DNA of 64,000 bases from Mytilus edulis (lineage: Eukaryota): contig NC_092347.1 of assembly GCF_963676685.1 (NCBI RefSeq), positions 14,942,001 through 15,006,000 of the forward strand, given 5' to 3'. Each line of letters begins with the position of its first letter. Position 1 is the first letter of the stretch. The position numbers and the translations under genes were made by a program. Below the pieces are notes generated by a model, which was not told the DNA's origin, searched no databases, and worked only from the letters and a program-made list of their open reading frames with translations. Below, in pieces: positions 14,286-27,330 of the stretch.

Positions 14286-14540
14286 GGCCTTACAGCTAAT
14301 TTCATAATGCATGCAAAGCAAAACTTTGGTTGGCTTGCTTGCTTTGTTTGGTTAATTGTTTATACAAACTTTGTAAATAAGATTGACATTTTTAAACAAT
14401 ATGATTAGGCATATGATAGTTTAACCTGTATTTTTAATATTTGAATTAAATTGGGTGTTATCATAACGATTATCCAATAAAAGAAAAACAAGCAAGTCAA
14501 CTAAAGTCTTGCTCTACATGCTTAAAGAAATGAGCTGTAA
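14286..14540. mobile_element. Foldback/MITE remnant
   Basis: ttacagctaatttcataatgcatgcaaagcaaaactttggttggcttgcttg pairs with caagcaagtcaactaaagtcttgctctacatgcttaaagaaatgagctgtaa. The left end follows TTAA|GG. Confidence 0.6.
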
Positions 14541-17500
14541 TAGATAAAAAAAAAAAAAAAAAAATTATACAGTGAAAATCCACCGCATATACAGTACTAA
14601 TGATTCGCTCCACAGTAAAAATGAAAGAATAGTATCATTATTCGACAGTAAACATGCATTACGAAATCATCATAGTGGAATTTAGTTAAATATGAAGAAA
14701 CTGAATGACAAAACATATTCTACGTTATACAACTTTATTAATTGTATTAAAATGAATATTTTGTACTGCAACAACATCTTACCTGTTAGTTATAAAGCAC
14801 CTGCACGATCTGTTCGTGAAATGTCATAAATATTCACCTATTTTGGTATATATTTCACAGCTGGATGGCTTTAGGCGCGATAAAACCCCGCTCGCATCTC
14901 TTACTTTGTTTTATTAGTATTATGTATTACTGAACATATACATTTTAACTAATTTTCTTCATTTTCTTCGAAAGTAAAAAAAAGTTCGTCTGTTTATTTA
15001 TCATTCTACATTAGACATTTATGGCATATACAGTAAAAATGATATTTTAGGATCCGCACTTTACATACACTGTCTTTTATATTTCACAAGGAGACAACCA
15101 TTTTACCAGGCTAAAGTTGGGGTTAATTATACATGTGCTGAAACATGTAACTAAAAAAATCATTATGGATTATCCCCTGGTAGTGTTTGTAACTGGGCAA
15201 TAATTGCCTTTATTGATTTTATTTTAACAATTTTCATAATTAATTTAAACTTAACCATTCAGTTAAAACATTTCAACTTTCCAGACGCAAATTTTATAAA
15301 ACGGGACAGAATTAAAATATCTTACAAGACATAAACATGACACGTAAAAAAATAAATATATATATCAGCTTACTAAAAATATTTTCAAAATGATACTTTG
15401 ACATCATTTCTTAAAACTAAGTCCCAAACATAATTACTCAGTTAATTAATATGTGTCATCCTCTTGTGATATGAGATAACTATAATTCTGATGCAATCCC
15501 CAAAATGGGGGGTGGGGGGGGGGAGGGGTCATCACAGACAAACATGACATTAAATTGTCATTATACGAACAAGAACAAACAGCTCTTTCATTAGCGTATT
15601 TAAGGTTATAAAAAGTTTTGGCTTCAAAAGTTCACACAATTGTTGACTTTATACAGAAAATTCGTCCTGGTAAAACATTTAATAGTTCACAAATTATACG
15701 TGATTTTAAAGTAAAATTATTTCTTAAAACACTGCAAAAATTTTCATTCATATTGATTAAAGTGGTATCGTCATAAAGTGCGTTGAAATGAACAGTTCCA
15801 TAGCAACATCGAATTCCCTCACAAAATGTTATCACACACTATAGTAAGGGGTGTCAGTTAAGTTTGTCTATTTTGAGATTACAGGAATAATCATTTGACA
15901 CTACGTATTTATAACCTGTGTGACTTGTGTAGTGATTTTGATTTTACGATAAATTTATGAATGAACGATAATTTTATGAATGCACAAGAGCACCTGACCT
16001 CTTTCTTAAACACCAATTAAACATATAAAACCGTATTTATTAAGAGATAATTCAGTCAAATTTTCAGTTCAAAATCAACAACTGAAATGATTCCATATTT
16101 TGTTGAAACATCGAACGACCGGAGAACGGAAATCGCAGGTATAAAAATGCACTTTTTTCACTTGTAATGACCGCGGATCTATAATTTTTATAGATCGGTT
16201 GAAAACCCAAAACTAATTTGCATAATGTATGCATGATGGAAATTTAGGCGATAGCAATTCATCTGAGTGACCTCAATTAAGGATGCTACCCTTACATATG
16301 TGTCAACCTTACATAATTATGGAGCCAACACACTTACATCGTTAAAATGTAGATTATCTAACAGTGTGTCGCAAACTTTGATTTATATTGTGAATAATAT
16401 AAAGAATACTTAGGGATTGAACAATGTTTCAAAAAATAAACCATGAGATAAGGAAACCCATATCCAAAATCTTCAATTTTTCATAGCTTTTCCTCAAACT
16501 GAGACTTCATGTTTTATCGATTAAAATATCTTTTTCATTGTCTCAATTAATCACTCGATTGATTCTATTTCAATGAGGTTTGTTTATATTTCGCCGTTTT
16601 AATTTCTTCCAATCACGAATTAACTAAGCATTCAGTTCTCGTTAATATATTGCTCTTTTTGACTATCAATGCTTTATTTGACTATCAATAACTTGTTAGT
16701 CGACCGTAATAAAGACCTTTCACTTTCATTTGAGAGAACTTTACTTTTATGGTCAACAAAAAACGTTTATATTCACACAAGACTTTTATTCAACATAATG
16801 AATTTTTCATGTAAGATATCAAAAACGTCAACATGTTCTGTTTATGATATATACACACGTTTGACTGCCATTGAGAGGTTAGAGGTCGATATTTAAACAT
16901 CTCATAGAATTTCGTAACTGTTGTAATTACGGTCGCTGAAGATTTCTATTGTCAGACTAATAACCCTGAAATGTCCTGATTTTTTTTGTTACAGAAAAAT
17001 GGTTAATAAGTCACTTAAGATAATTACAATTTCCAATTAGTAAAAGCTAATAAATATAAATAGGAAGATCAACTTCGCATATCCCTTCATAAATGTATGT
17101 TACAGAGACGTCGCTAGATAATACAACTGTCGAATGACTTAGACAATACATTAAAATGTTCCCCATCATGGTATTGTTACAATAGTTCAACTCATTTTCG
17201 AAAAGAACACATGTTAAGAAACCATTAATATTTTGAGAGGTTATGATAATTAAACTAGACCAATGCACTGAACCGCTACTTCCTATATATAACATGCTAG
17301 ATTGACTACACGATATATATATATATAATGGTTTTGCTCCTTATTGAAGTCTACACGGTAACCTATATTTGCTGAAATGCGCTTCATTTGAACACTATCG
17401 GATATTTATATCATTAGTAATTTTTCAATTTATGACAATTGTTTTCATTTACTTGAAGTTTGTTAAAGATACAAGAAGCATAAGTCATGGAGTCATGATA

Positions 17501-18630
17501 AAATATTCTCACTTTTGTAATTGTATATGGTTTGTGGCTTTCAATTCTTAAATAACTGAATCACCAATGAAAGATAATTCGTTAATGTATGACATGAAAT
17601 TACAAAATATTTCTTCTCTGAAAAAGATGATTTAACATAATTTTTCATTTGTTTTAGATTAGATCTAAAAATCTTGGTTATACAAGTAATGCTAATCGAC
17701 TGCTTAGAAAAAATCGTCTTAAAATGTTGTCTTTTTGTAACTTTGAATGTTATATAGTAGATTATTGCGGAAACTGATTTCAAATTTCCGTTTCCGCAAA
17801 ACTCTAGCTTGATGAAATCAGAATTCCAATATCCGGGCAGACTTGGCTTTTCTAAACGAGTGTTTCCCCGATAGACTTTGTTTCAGTATGAAAATGTCAA
17901 TTATCGGTCAATATTTATATTCTATGAATACATAATCCACGAAGCTTATGAATACAAAGGCATTTATAGATGCTATTAACAAGTTTAAAGGCCAGCCATT
18001 TGGTGTCTCTTCACTAAATAATTCGAAAAATTTATTCTCAATTATGCCTCTATTGACCATAACATTTGTGTCACTAAAACGAAAATTGTAACATTTCATC
18101 ATCGTTTCCATTTTTCTAAAACACAATACGACTTTACATACAATATGCATCATGACATGTACAGGTATCATATCATGAATCTTTAATAGGTAAAATTTGC
18201 ATCATCACGCCTTTTGTTTTTTTGTGGAGTTCTTGTTGCCCATCCTAGTTAACTGTGTAATGTTTTGTAGACTATTGTTGGTCTTATCATTCGTTTTACG
18301 GTTGGACACGGTGCTGTAGTTTTATTGTCTCCTCTATTACGTTAGGTTAATTATTTATATTATTGTATAACAACACTATATTTCATACAAGACGTAATCA
18401 AAAGCTATTATTCCACTGTATATTAAATAGGATTATTATACTTATATAGTTAGTCCAAGATTTGTTCCAGCGTAAAAAAAAAGACTATAAATCTAATTTT
18501 GAGCAGTACTGTGTATCAATGTTTATGTCGTGTTAAGTCATTTAAACAAGCGGATAAGAAAAAAAAGTATGTATATTCATATCTTATATTGAGATAGTAA
18601 ATAAAACAAAGGCAGTGAAATGAAAGTTAA

Positions 18631-18771
18631 TATTCATTCCCTTAGCTTCGAGAGGTTTGAAGATTTGATCACCCTCGACAAATCATATTTCCCTCGGGCA
18701 GAGCCCTCGTGAAATATGAATCTTCTTGGGTGAACACATCTTCGTATCTCCCTCAGGAACGGGAAATAAAT
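18631..18771. repeat. Long imperfect hairpin, probably the end of a non-autonomous element
   Basis: gaagatttgatcaccc...tcatatttccctcggg-cagag-ccctcgtgaaatatga...gggtgaacacatcttc. Confidence 0.55.
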
Positions 18772-20191
18772 GTATAATATCAGATTATAACATGCATGAA
18801 ATATTTCATATCAGATGTATTATCATTACTATATGGAAAACTACATACACAACTGATGTATTGTCCATATCAAAATCATTTAAAAAAAATATACAGTTAA
18901 CAAAACTGATATATTGGTCAAACCTAAATAAATTTCAGTTGTTGGTTTGTTGATTACAAAATTTGTGTTTTCTGGGACCGCAGAAAATCACGAGAAAGCA
19001 TTCATGTGGGTTGCATTTACATTGATTTTACCACGGAATGACTGAATGTCAAATTTTACCCGAGCGATGACGATGGTAAAATCATAATAAATTCAAGCCC
19101 AAGGTTATAAATGGGATAAATCCAGTAAAAAAACTGGATTGAAGCGCTTTAAATAAAAAAAAAGTTCCTAATATTGAACACACTACACCTGTTTAGGTTG
19201 AAGCGAAAAAGATGAATAAGTGACACGTTTTTTCGATTTTCCATAACAGGCGGCTTAGATGCTCTTAGGCTTTTCATAGTTTACAACTTTCCCCTCTGAT
19301 TACTACTGATGTTCAATATGAAATTGAGCTGGCACTCAATGATACCACCGTCATTATCAAACGCATATTGTATAAGTGAATAATTTCCTTTCTTACTGGA
19401 CATATTTAATAAAGCTGATGTTAATTTAAGAAAAAGGGATTTCAACAACTTTGTATCATTATACCTTGTTTGTATTCCCGAGATTATTCATAACTGATGG
19501 TAATTATGTAAGATAAACCAACTACCGTCTTATCTTAATTTGTTTATGTTAAATGTAGTGTTATCTGGCTTCTTCAGTTATCGTAAAAAGAAATTCCAAT
19601 ATGTTTTACGGTTTGATGTTATACGATAGCGATTGATGGACAATTTATTGTCATTCGTCATTTATAATTCAATAACTTAATGAGTGTTTACTTGATGATG
19701 CAAGTAGGAAATATCGTAGCCTTGCGATTAATTTATAATAAATAACATTTAACAATTTATACAACTAATTCCATTATTTCTTCTTATAAAAGAAAAATCG
19801 ATCACTCTGTCGCTTAGGTCTTACTACTCGTTACACCTGTACATGACAACATTAAACTGGTCATTATATTTCTGTCTCCTAATAAAATATCCTACTTGTC
19901 CGGCGTAAGCAGCTCAAAGTATAAGGTTTCTTCGGCCATGTTCACCCAGGTCGATCCATACCTTCCTAAATGTTCGATATTTCATATTGATAATATGACA
20001 TACTTTCGAGTAAAAACTGTGGACACTGTTGGTATGTAAACGAAATAAGACTTTGCATGTATTTCCTGTTTAGTATTCCATTTTAAAAATACAGTTGAGT
20101 AAAAGCAATGTTCATATCATAAACATATGATAAATGGACTCTAAGTGACATATTGAATCGAAACTCGTAGTTCTGGTAAGTTTAGTTATTA

Positions 20192-20934
20192 CTAGAACAC
20201 ACCCGTGATATCGCGGGTCCATGACTGAATTAAAGTATATAACTATGCGCAAGCCTTATCTTAGTATTAGTACTGTCATCTGATAAAGCCGGTCATGCCG
20301 ATTATAAGATACACAATTTTCTCTGCTTTCAAATCTTTCTGTTTGAACCCGTCGAACTGGAACTTATCAATTATTGGTAATATTAATTAGTTGGAAAACA
20401 AAAGGTCCTGGAATGGAGTATTTTTTAATCAACAGCATTGTCCTATATTAGTTATAAATAAAGTTGAATTCTTTGATTCGCTGTTTTACGTCATGCCCGC
20501 TAACAAATTGAAACTTATTTTCAGTCCAGATTTTTAGTATTCGTATTGTTATCTTAGAAAGTCTTACGGATTAAAATACTACAATAGGTAACAATTTGAC
20601 AATTTAGTAGTGTCAACCCTGTGAGTATGACCCGTGTATATAGCATATTAATCCTGAATACACCGTTTGGTGGTGCGCCTGTCAGATGCGGAACGTACAG
20701 ATAAGGTAATAGATAACAGGTGATTATACTATTGGTATCGGTATCGGACTCGACCCGGAACTTCCTAATTATTGGCATTATTAATTACGTGGAAAACAAA
20801 AGGGCCTGGAGTGGTGTAATTTTTAATTTACACCTTTGTACTATATTAGTTGTATATAAAGTTGAATTCTTTGATTCGTCGTTTTTACGTGATGACGGCT
20901 GACAAATTGGACCTCGTAATTTTAGTATTATAGA
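20192..20934 (-). mobile_element. Intact non-autonomous Helitron (743 bp)
   Basis: Minus strand reads A|TC...acccgcgatatcacgggt hairpin (20201-20218)...CTAG|T; no TSD; internal duplication of about 170 bp. Confidence 0.88.
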
Positions 20935-22017
20935 TGATATAAACGCTGTGACGATCAACCCATTCGTATTGTCCGTCATTCCTTTTTGGCCCGTGACATT
21001 TGAAGCAAAATAGGTAAACAATCTTAATAGAAGACTAAATAAATTAGGAGTTTAAAAGATTTATCTCAATTTGTGAAATCATCATAAATAGAATATACTG
21101 ATTAAAAGCTTATCATTTCAACTATGAAACGTGGGCGTCATTTAAAAGGTTAAGAACAGATGTGTAATGTTGAAGGAATATTTGTTCATTACTAACAACG
21201 AATATTAAATCACTTTTAAGATAAATCACTTTCTCTGTCGTGCTGTAGTCTCACATTTTTGTTATCTGTGTATTTAGATTAATTCTATTAATAATGTTTT
21301 ATAAATCCTATTGGTTTGAAAAACAGATTTTGTAACATTTCGAAGGGTTCTGGCTGTAAGAGGGTAACAAGGGAGTATTACTTTTGGCAAAATACCACGG
21401 AGTAGAACGAACTTACAATACTCAAACAGAGATTATAAAAAAAATCTTGAATAGTTTTGCAGATTAAGGCAAAAAGTAAAATAGAAAAGAAAGAAAAACA
21501 CCGTCTTTTCACCAATCAAATTCAAGATGTCAATGTGATAGACTATGCTACTAAAACGCATAATTGTAAACAAGTAAAACTGACCTCTTTGCATTGGTCA
21601 AAGTTCATATTATTTAAAAAGAAAAAAAGAAGTTCATAGTTTTGAGCAATTTCCTTTAAGAAAAATACACCATTTCCAAGAAGATTTTTAAAAAAATAAT
21701 GTGACGGATGTTTCATCTTAAGTTTTTTGTTCTTTTCAGGAAAGTTAATTTTAAAACATATTCAGATTGAAAAAATAAATTATAATGCAACATTGTTTGT
21801 AAAGTTCATTCTGATTGGATAACATCACAAATGTTCGTGTTATAAAAATATACGCACAAACGCAGACGACGTATGGAAAAATTTAAATGTATGATTTGAC
21901 GTTGTTTTCTGCCAGTTTCATTAGAATAGAGATATCAATACTATATTTTAAGCTCCGACTGCACACATTATTGATTTGGTGCCGTCAGAGCTTAAAATAC
22001 AATACAATTATCTCCTA

Positions 22018-22700
22018 CAAAAGTAAAATGACAAAAATACCGAACTTCGAGAAAGATTCAAAACAGACAGTCTCAAATCAAATGTCAAAATCAAACACTC
22101 AAAAACACCAAACAAATGGATAACAACTGTCATATTACTGACTTGGTACAGGCGTTTTCTTATGTAGGAAATGGTGGATTAAACATGGTTTTATAGCTAA
22201 ACATTTCACTTGTATAACAGTCGCATAAAACTTCTTCACTATATTGACAACGATGTGCGAACAAAACAAACAGACATAATAGCTAAAAATGTTAAAAATA
22301 GGGGTACAACAAATGTGCAAACAAAGAAACACAAAAATACATATAGACAAAGCACATTAATAGCAAAACTGAAAAACATGAATACAAAAATTTACAATAG
22401 CACAATAACTCACTGAAGGGATGTATTAGTAACGAACCACGACAAAAGGATATTACCAAAAATGGACTAATCAACTAAGATGATAATTGGTAAAGACAAA
22501 CTAAAGAATACTATAACACGTTCATCTTCGCTAGCCAAGGGTTACGATCCACTCACGTAACCCTTGGCTAGCGGCGAAGATGTAACACGTTATTTAGATG
22601 ATAAACTGCGTCAGTACTTAGAATCTATACTTCGTGTATTATTTGAAGTTGATACTAAATAGTAATCAACAAGGACTTTGTATCTTTCGATGAACTTTTT
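22018..22700 (+). repeat. Abundant dispersed repeat family (aacaactgtcatattcctgacttggtacagg core)
   Basis: Related copies at about 26220-26735, 30535-31030(-), 32855-33235, 34885-35250(-), 45310-45600, 60790-61325(-) and 61560-61905(-). Confidence 0.75.
22523..22582. mobile_element. 60-bp palindromic mini DNA transposon with 9-bp TSD
   Basis: TAACACGTT|CATCTTCGCTAGCCAAGGGTTACG-atccactca-CGTAACCCTTGGCTAGCGgcGAAGATG|TAACACGTT. Confidence 0.85.
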
Positions 22701-23521
22701 AAGACGTTATTCGACATACTCCTCGTTCATCAACTGTCTGATCAGACACTGATTATGCTTTACAAAGTCTGAGAAGCAGCTAAATGCATATTAATTTTTT
22801 TTGGAGGGAGGAGGTACTATCCGTTAAAAAAACACCAAATGAAACAGCTAAAGGTATGTGCTAGAGATCTTTAATTTGTTATTACTTCGAGTTGTCATTA
22901 TCTTTTAACTAAACTATGTCTTTGGGTTTTTTTTTCAAACTTGTTATCGGCAATGCATTATCCCTCTTTGTTGCTGCCCCACACGCCAATGGGCGTTATG
23001 GGCAGTAAGTAAAAGTAAGTATCCCTCTGTTTTAATTGTTATTGTTTTCAGTGTTAATTAAAAAAACAGCTACATTGAACTGTCGCAAGTATAATTCGAT
23101 GTTGCCACTTGTTTTCATATGTGCGCTGCATTTCTAGCGATAAATAATGGATTTATATGAAAATAAGGCGATTATAAATGACTGCAAATGCGACAACTAT
23201 CACCACAGACCAAACAGGTGAGGATATAAACAGCAATAGGTTATCGTACTGAATGTCTATTTGATACTATGACTACATAATAACAATATTTCCTGTTTCT
23301 TTTAAGTGGCAAATAGATTAATTACTAAACAACTGACGTTTGTTTACGTCAATGAGACAGAGCAAGGCCGTAACTATCCTTGAGGCAAGTGAGGCAATTG
23401 CCTCACTAAAATTTCGACAATGATTATTTTTTTTAATACATATATATATAAATATAATAGTCATTTGTTGTTCTGTCTCAACCTTAATTTCTGTAATAAC
23501 ATTAACGGTACCAATTTTTCT

Positions 23522-23565
23522 GCACCAGATGCGCATTTCGACAATACATGTCTCTTCAGTGATGC
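23522..23565 (-). ncRNA. Type I hammerhead ribozyme (intact core)
   Basis: Identical 44-nt motif to 23977-24020. Confidence 0.88.
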
Positions 23566-23626
23566 TCGTGGCCAAAATATTAAAATCCAAAGCTTATATA
23601 ATAAAATTAACGGTACCAATTTTCTT

Positions 23627-23670
23627 GCACCAGATGCGGATTTCGACAATACATGTCTCTTCAGTGATGC
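23627..23670 (-). ncRNA. Type I hammerhead ribozyme with a stem III palindrome variant (TCCGCA)
   Basis: Same motif with one substitution in the TGCGCA palindrome. Confidence 0.78.
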
Positions 23671-23976
23671 TCGTGGCCAAAATATTTGAAATCCAAAGCT
23701 TATATAAAAGACGAAGAGCTATAATCCAAAAGGTCCAAAAAGTATAGCCAAATCCGTGAAAGGAATCAGAGCTTTGCATGAGGGGGATACATTCCTTAAT
23801 CTAAAATAACTTCTAATATTTTGTAACAGCAAATTTTAATAACACAAAAAATCCGTATTTTCATGCCAGTACCGAAGTACTGGCTACTGGGCTGGTGATA
23901 CCCTCGGGGACTAATAGTCCACCACCAGAGGCATCGACCCAGTGGTAGTAATAGAATTAACGGTACCAATTTTCTT

Positions 23977-24020
23977 GCACCAGATGCGCATTTCGACAAT
24001 ACATGTCTCTTCAGTGATGC
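23977..24020 (-). ncRNA. Type I hammerhead ribozyme (intact core)
   Basis: GCATCA-CTGAAGA-GACA(TGTAT)TGTC-GAAA-TGCGCA-TC^TGGTGC: stem I GCAUCA/UGGUGC, CUGANGA, stem II, GAAA, palindromic minimal stem III, UC cleavage site. Confidence 0.88.
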
Positions 24021-26849
24021 TCGTGGCCAAAATATTTGAAATCCAAAGCTTATATAAAAGATGAAGAGCTATAATCCAAAAGGTCCAAAAAGTATAGCCA
24101 AATCCGTGAAAGGAATCAGAGCTTTGCATGAGGGAGATACATTCCTTAACTTGTCATCATTCCTTTTAAACTATTCTTCCTATATATAATTCAGCATCTC
24201 AACGGGTGATGTTTCTCGATTACATTAACCTAGTAACGATAATCATCATGGATCTTTAGTTAAAAACAGGCTCTTGCAGAAAAAGGAAGGTAAAGAAGGA
24301 ATAATTCTAGTAAACTAGTTTTTTTGTGAACAGAGTCTGAGTATTGCATATAACTTCGTTAAAACAATCAAAAAACGATAAGTAGACTGACAAATAAAGT
24401 ACTGGTCTTCGGAAGGGGGCAGTCCTGTCTGCGTATTCATTTCTCTGTTTCACCAACTTTTGACAAATCAAGTACTGGGCATCGCAAGGGGGCAAATCCT
24501 GTCTGCGTATTCATTTCACGAACTTTAAACTTTCTCTTTACAGATAAATGAAATATAAATAATATGAAACATGAATGCATGGATTAGTTTTTATCCATGT
24601 TTCTTTAACCTTAAAAGTTGAAAGAATATCCCATATTCCAATTTGATATTATTGAGGAATCGAAGAACCTTTAACACAGGATTTTGTCTTTACTTATTCG
24701 GGACTACGGAATTTCATTTCTTTATATTCGGGGTTTCGGAATCGGACACCCCCAAACCCTAACCCCTAAATTTATAGATTCTGGAACTAAAATACCACGT
24801 ATGATGGTGCTTACAGGAAAGCTTAATTCCCTTTTGCAAACAAAACTGTTACTACCGATGCTGCTACCGAATTGCTGATGGAGAAGGAATTGGAAGAAGA
24901 CATTGATCATTTTGTTCATGATGATGTGCTACCTTTAGAAACACAGACTGCCCTGGAACAACTGAAAAATTGGAAAAGAGCATGCATGAGTGGCGAGAGA
25001 TTGTGCGGTCTGGTCATGCTCCATGTTCATCGCAATAAGGATATCAGCAGACCAAATTATGATTCTGAAACGATTTGATTGAACCGTCCATAGAAAAATT
25101 TTGAAAACTCTACTGAATCGATGTATGTTCTATGTTCTGGCAGCAGACTCAAATCAGTGATATTTGGATGATTATCTTACATATAAATTTAAATAAAGTT
25201 GTGGTGTTAGTAAAAGTCTTAAAATATGAAAAATTTATATAAAAAGTGTCCAAATTCAAAACATTATCAAACTCTCTAAAAATGCCTAGAATGCAGGATT
25301 TTGCACCATTCATTTTCATACTCATACTCGCTCGGCTCAATTATTTTCTCTCCCTAAAATAAGATGCCTAGTTACGGCCTTGCAGAGAAACAATAACACA
25401 AATATCTAAAAATAGAAGTCAGCGTTCCTTCAACAAAATATGTGTCTACACAATATGCCACCGATTTAAATCATTGATATTAAAATATGTCCAACCAAGT
25501 TAAAAAAAAAAAAAAATCTGTAATTACTAATATTGTATTCACAAAAAAGAAACCCCAAAAACTAATGACTTTTTAAATTTTTATAAACTTCTACTTAATT
25601 TATCAATCCTCAGTAGAATCCTTTCACTTTTATGACACAATACATAAAGGATTAAATAAACCAATGTACAGAATTGTCAATATATTTTGTCATTTTGATG
25701 CTTTGAAAATGCATCCGAGCAGCACATATGGCACAGAAGAAAATAGTTATAAGATCTTAATGATCATTTTGCAATATTTCTATGGCAATACGTGTAAAAT
25801 CTAATTAATCAAATGGGGATTTTCACCCATCACGTGTAAAATCTATAAAAAAAAGATAAGGAATCGACCTTAGTTCAAATTTATTTCTTAAATTCGTTTT
25901 AAAGATGCACTTTTGTGCTTGGAAAGTTATAATTTCTTCATACTAGAAGCATGCAAAGTTTTCTTTTGTTCAAATAAACGTTGAATCATGATTAGTAAAC
26001 TAAATATCCGAAAGGTTCACGTACCCCTCTCCCCAACCCCAGAAAATGTGTAAAACTTTTAAATTACTTTAGATTGGTGTTATTGTGTAATTATACTGTC
26101 CATTTAATTTTGAAGATATTTCAATCGTATCTGATTCTCAATTGATTTTTTTATTTTATTATAAATGTAGAATTACTCAATTTTATTAAGTAAACTTAAA
26201 AGACATGTATGTAAAAATTGAAATCACAAAAATAACCAACGAGGAAAACCCAAAACGGAAAGTCCCCAATCAAATGGCAAAATCAAAAGCTCAAACACAT
26301 CAAACGAATTGATAACAACTGTAATATTCCTGACTTGGTACTGGCATTTTTTACGTAGAAAATGGTGGATTAAACCTGTTTTTATAGCTATCTAAACCTC
26401 TAACTTGTATGACAGTTGCATACAATTTCTTTATATTGACAACGATGTGTGAACAAAACAAACAGACATAATAGGTACAAATGTCAAAAATAGGAGTGTA
26501 GCGGTCAACATTGTGCAATAAAGGCAGTAGTATACCGCTGTTCGAAATTCATAAATCGATTGAGAAAAAAACAAATCCGGTTTACAAACTAAAAATGAGA
26601 AAAACCAATCAAATATAAGAGGGGAACTACGACACAACAGAAACACAACATTACAATGTAAAACACAAAGAAACGAACATAATCTTAATCACTACAAAAA
26701 CAAACAAATATGTAACAAAGAAGCACAAAAAAGGTATTATTTATGATGTTGATACGGAATATTTATCAAATAGGTCTTGGTACTTATTGGTGATTTTTTT
26801 TTTTAGAAAAAGATATCCCTAGTTACCAACTTTCTGCCGTTTTACGAAG

Positions 26850-27150
26850 TCTAGAAGTAGAGTAGAAGCTGCACGCTCTTGAATATCGAAAAAGTTGGGA
26901 AATGTATATCCCATATGCAGGTTAAGTTGGTATATTACTACGAAAGTGGGGGAAATTGATAATTTCCAAATTGAAATTGTCTCGATTGTGGTACTTAGAT
27001 GACCGTGTATGTCGAGTTCGAGGAAGAAGTTTAAAAATGCGGCGGAGGAATTCGTGTCTGTTGTTTCTTCAATGTGTAGTTCTAGGGGGGATATATTTAT
27101 AGAATCCAATCAGAAAAGTTTGGACTGTTAATGGAAAACATTATCAATAT
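26850..27150 (-). mobile_element. Decayed Penelope-like RT fragment
   Basis: SPLELHIEETTDTNSSAAFLNFFLELDIHGHLSTTI, then in another frame IINFPHFRSNIPT*PAYGIYISQLFRYSRACS. Confidence 0.72.
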
Positions 27151-27330
27151 AGAATGAAATTCATAACAGTGTAGCTATGGCCATTCATTGACTGGGGGAA
27201 ATTAGGTGAACGTTCGTCTGTAATGCCCACTGCTCACGACGTACTTATCATAGAAATTTAAACTGTGAGGTCACCAAAGGTTCTAAACGCCTAAATAAAA
27301 TAATTAAAAATACTAATCAGGAATAACCTT
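27151..27330. mobile_element. Single arm of the foldback MITE seen at 51388-51830
   Basis: atgaaattcataacagtgtagctatggccatt...ggtcaccaaaggttct...aatcaggaataac matches the left arm. Confidence 0.75.

Larger units (their letters stand above)
23500..24150 (-). mobile_element. Non-LTR retrozyme tandem array (350-nt monomer plus 105-nt partial unit; three hammerheads)
   Basis: The cggtacc anchor recurs at 23506, 23611 and 23961, and each unit contains a type I hammerhead. Confidence 0.85.
23363..25382 (+). mobile_element. Internally deleted hAT transposon with 5-bp TSD (hAT5-like), carrying a retrozyme array
   Basis: TIRs CAAGGCCGTAACTA...TAGTTACGGCCTTG with CAGAG on both sides. A transposase C-terminal dimerisation relic (LKNWKRACMSGERLCGLVMLHVHR) lies at about 24950-25040. 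Confidence 0.87.

Noticed and set aside
23318-24129. Cluster of overlapping short ORFs, also at 9197-9734
   Set aside because: They lie within the non-coding retrozyme repeat, and the frames are not consistently preserved between copies.
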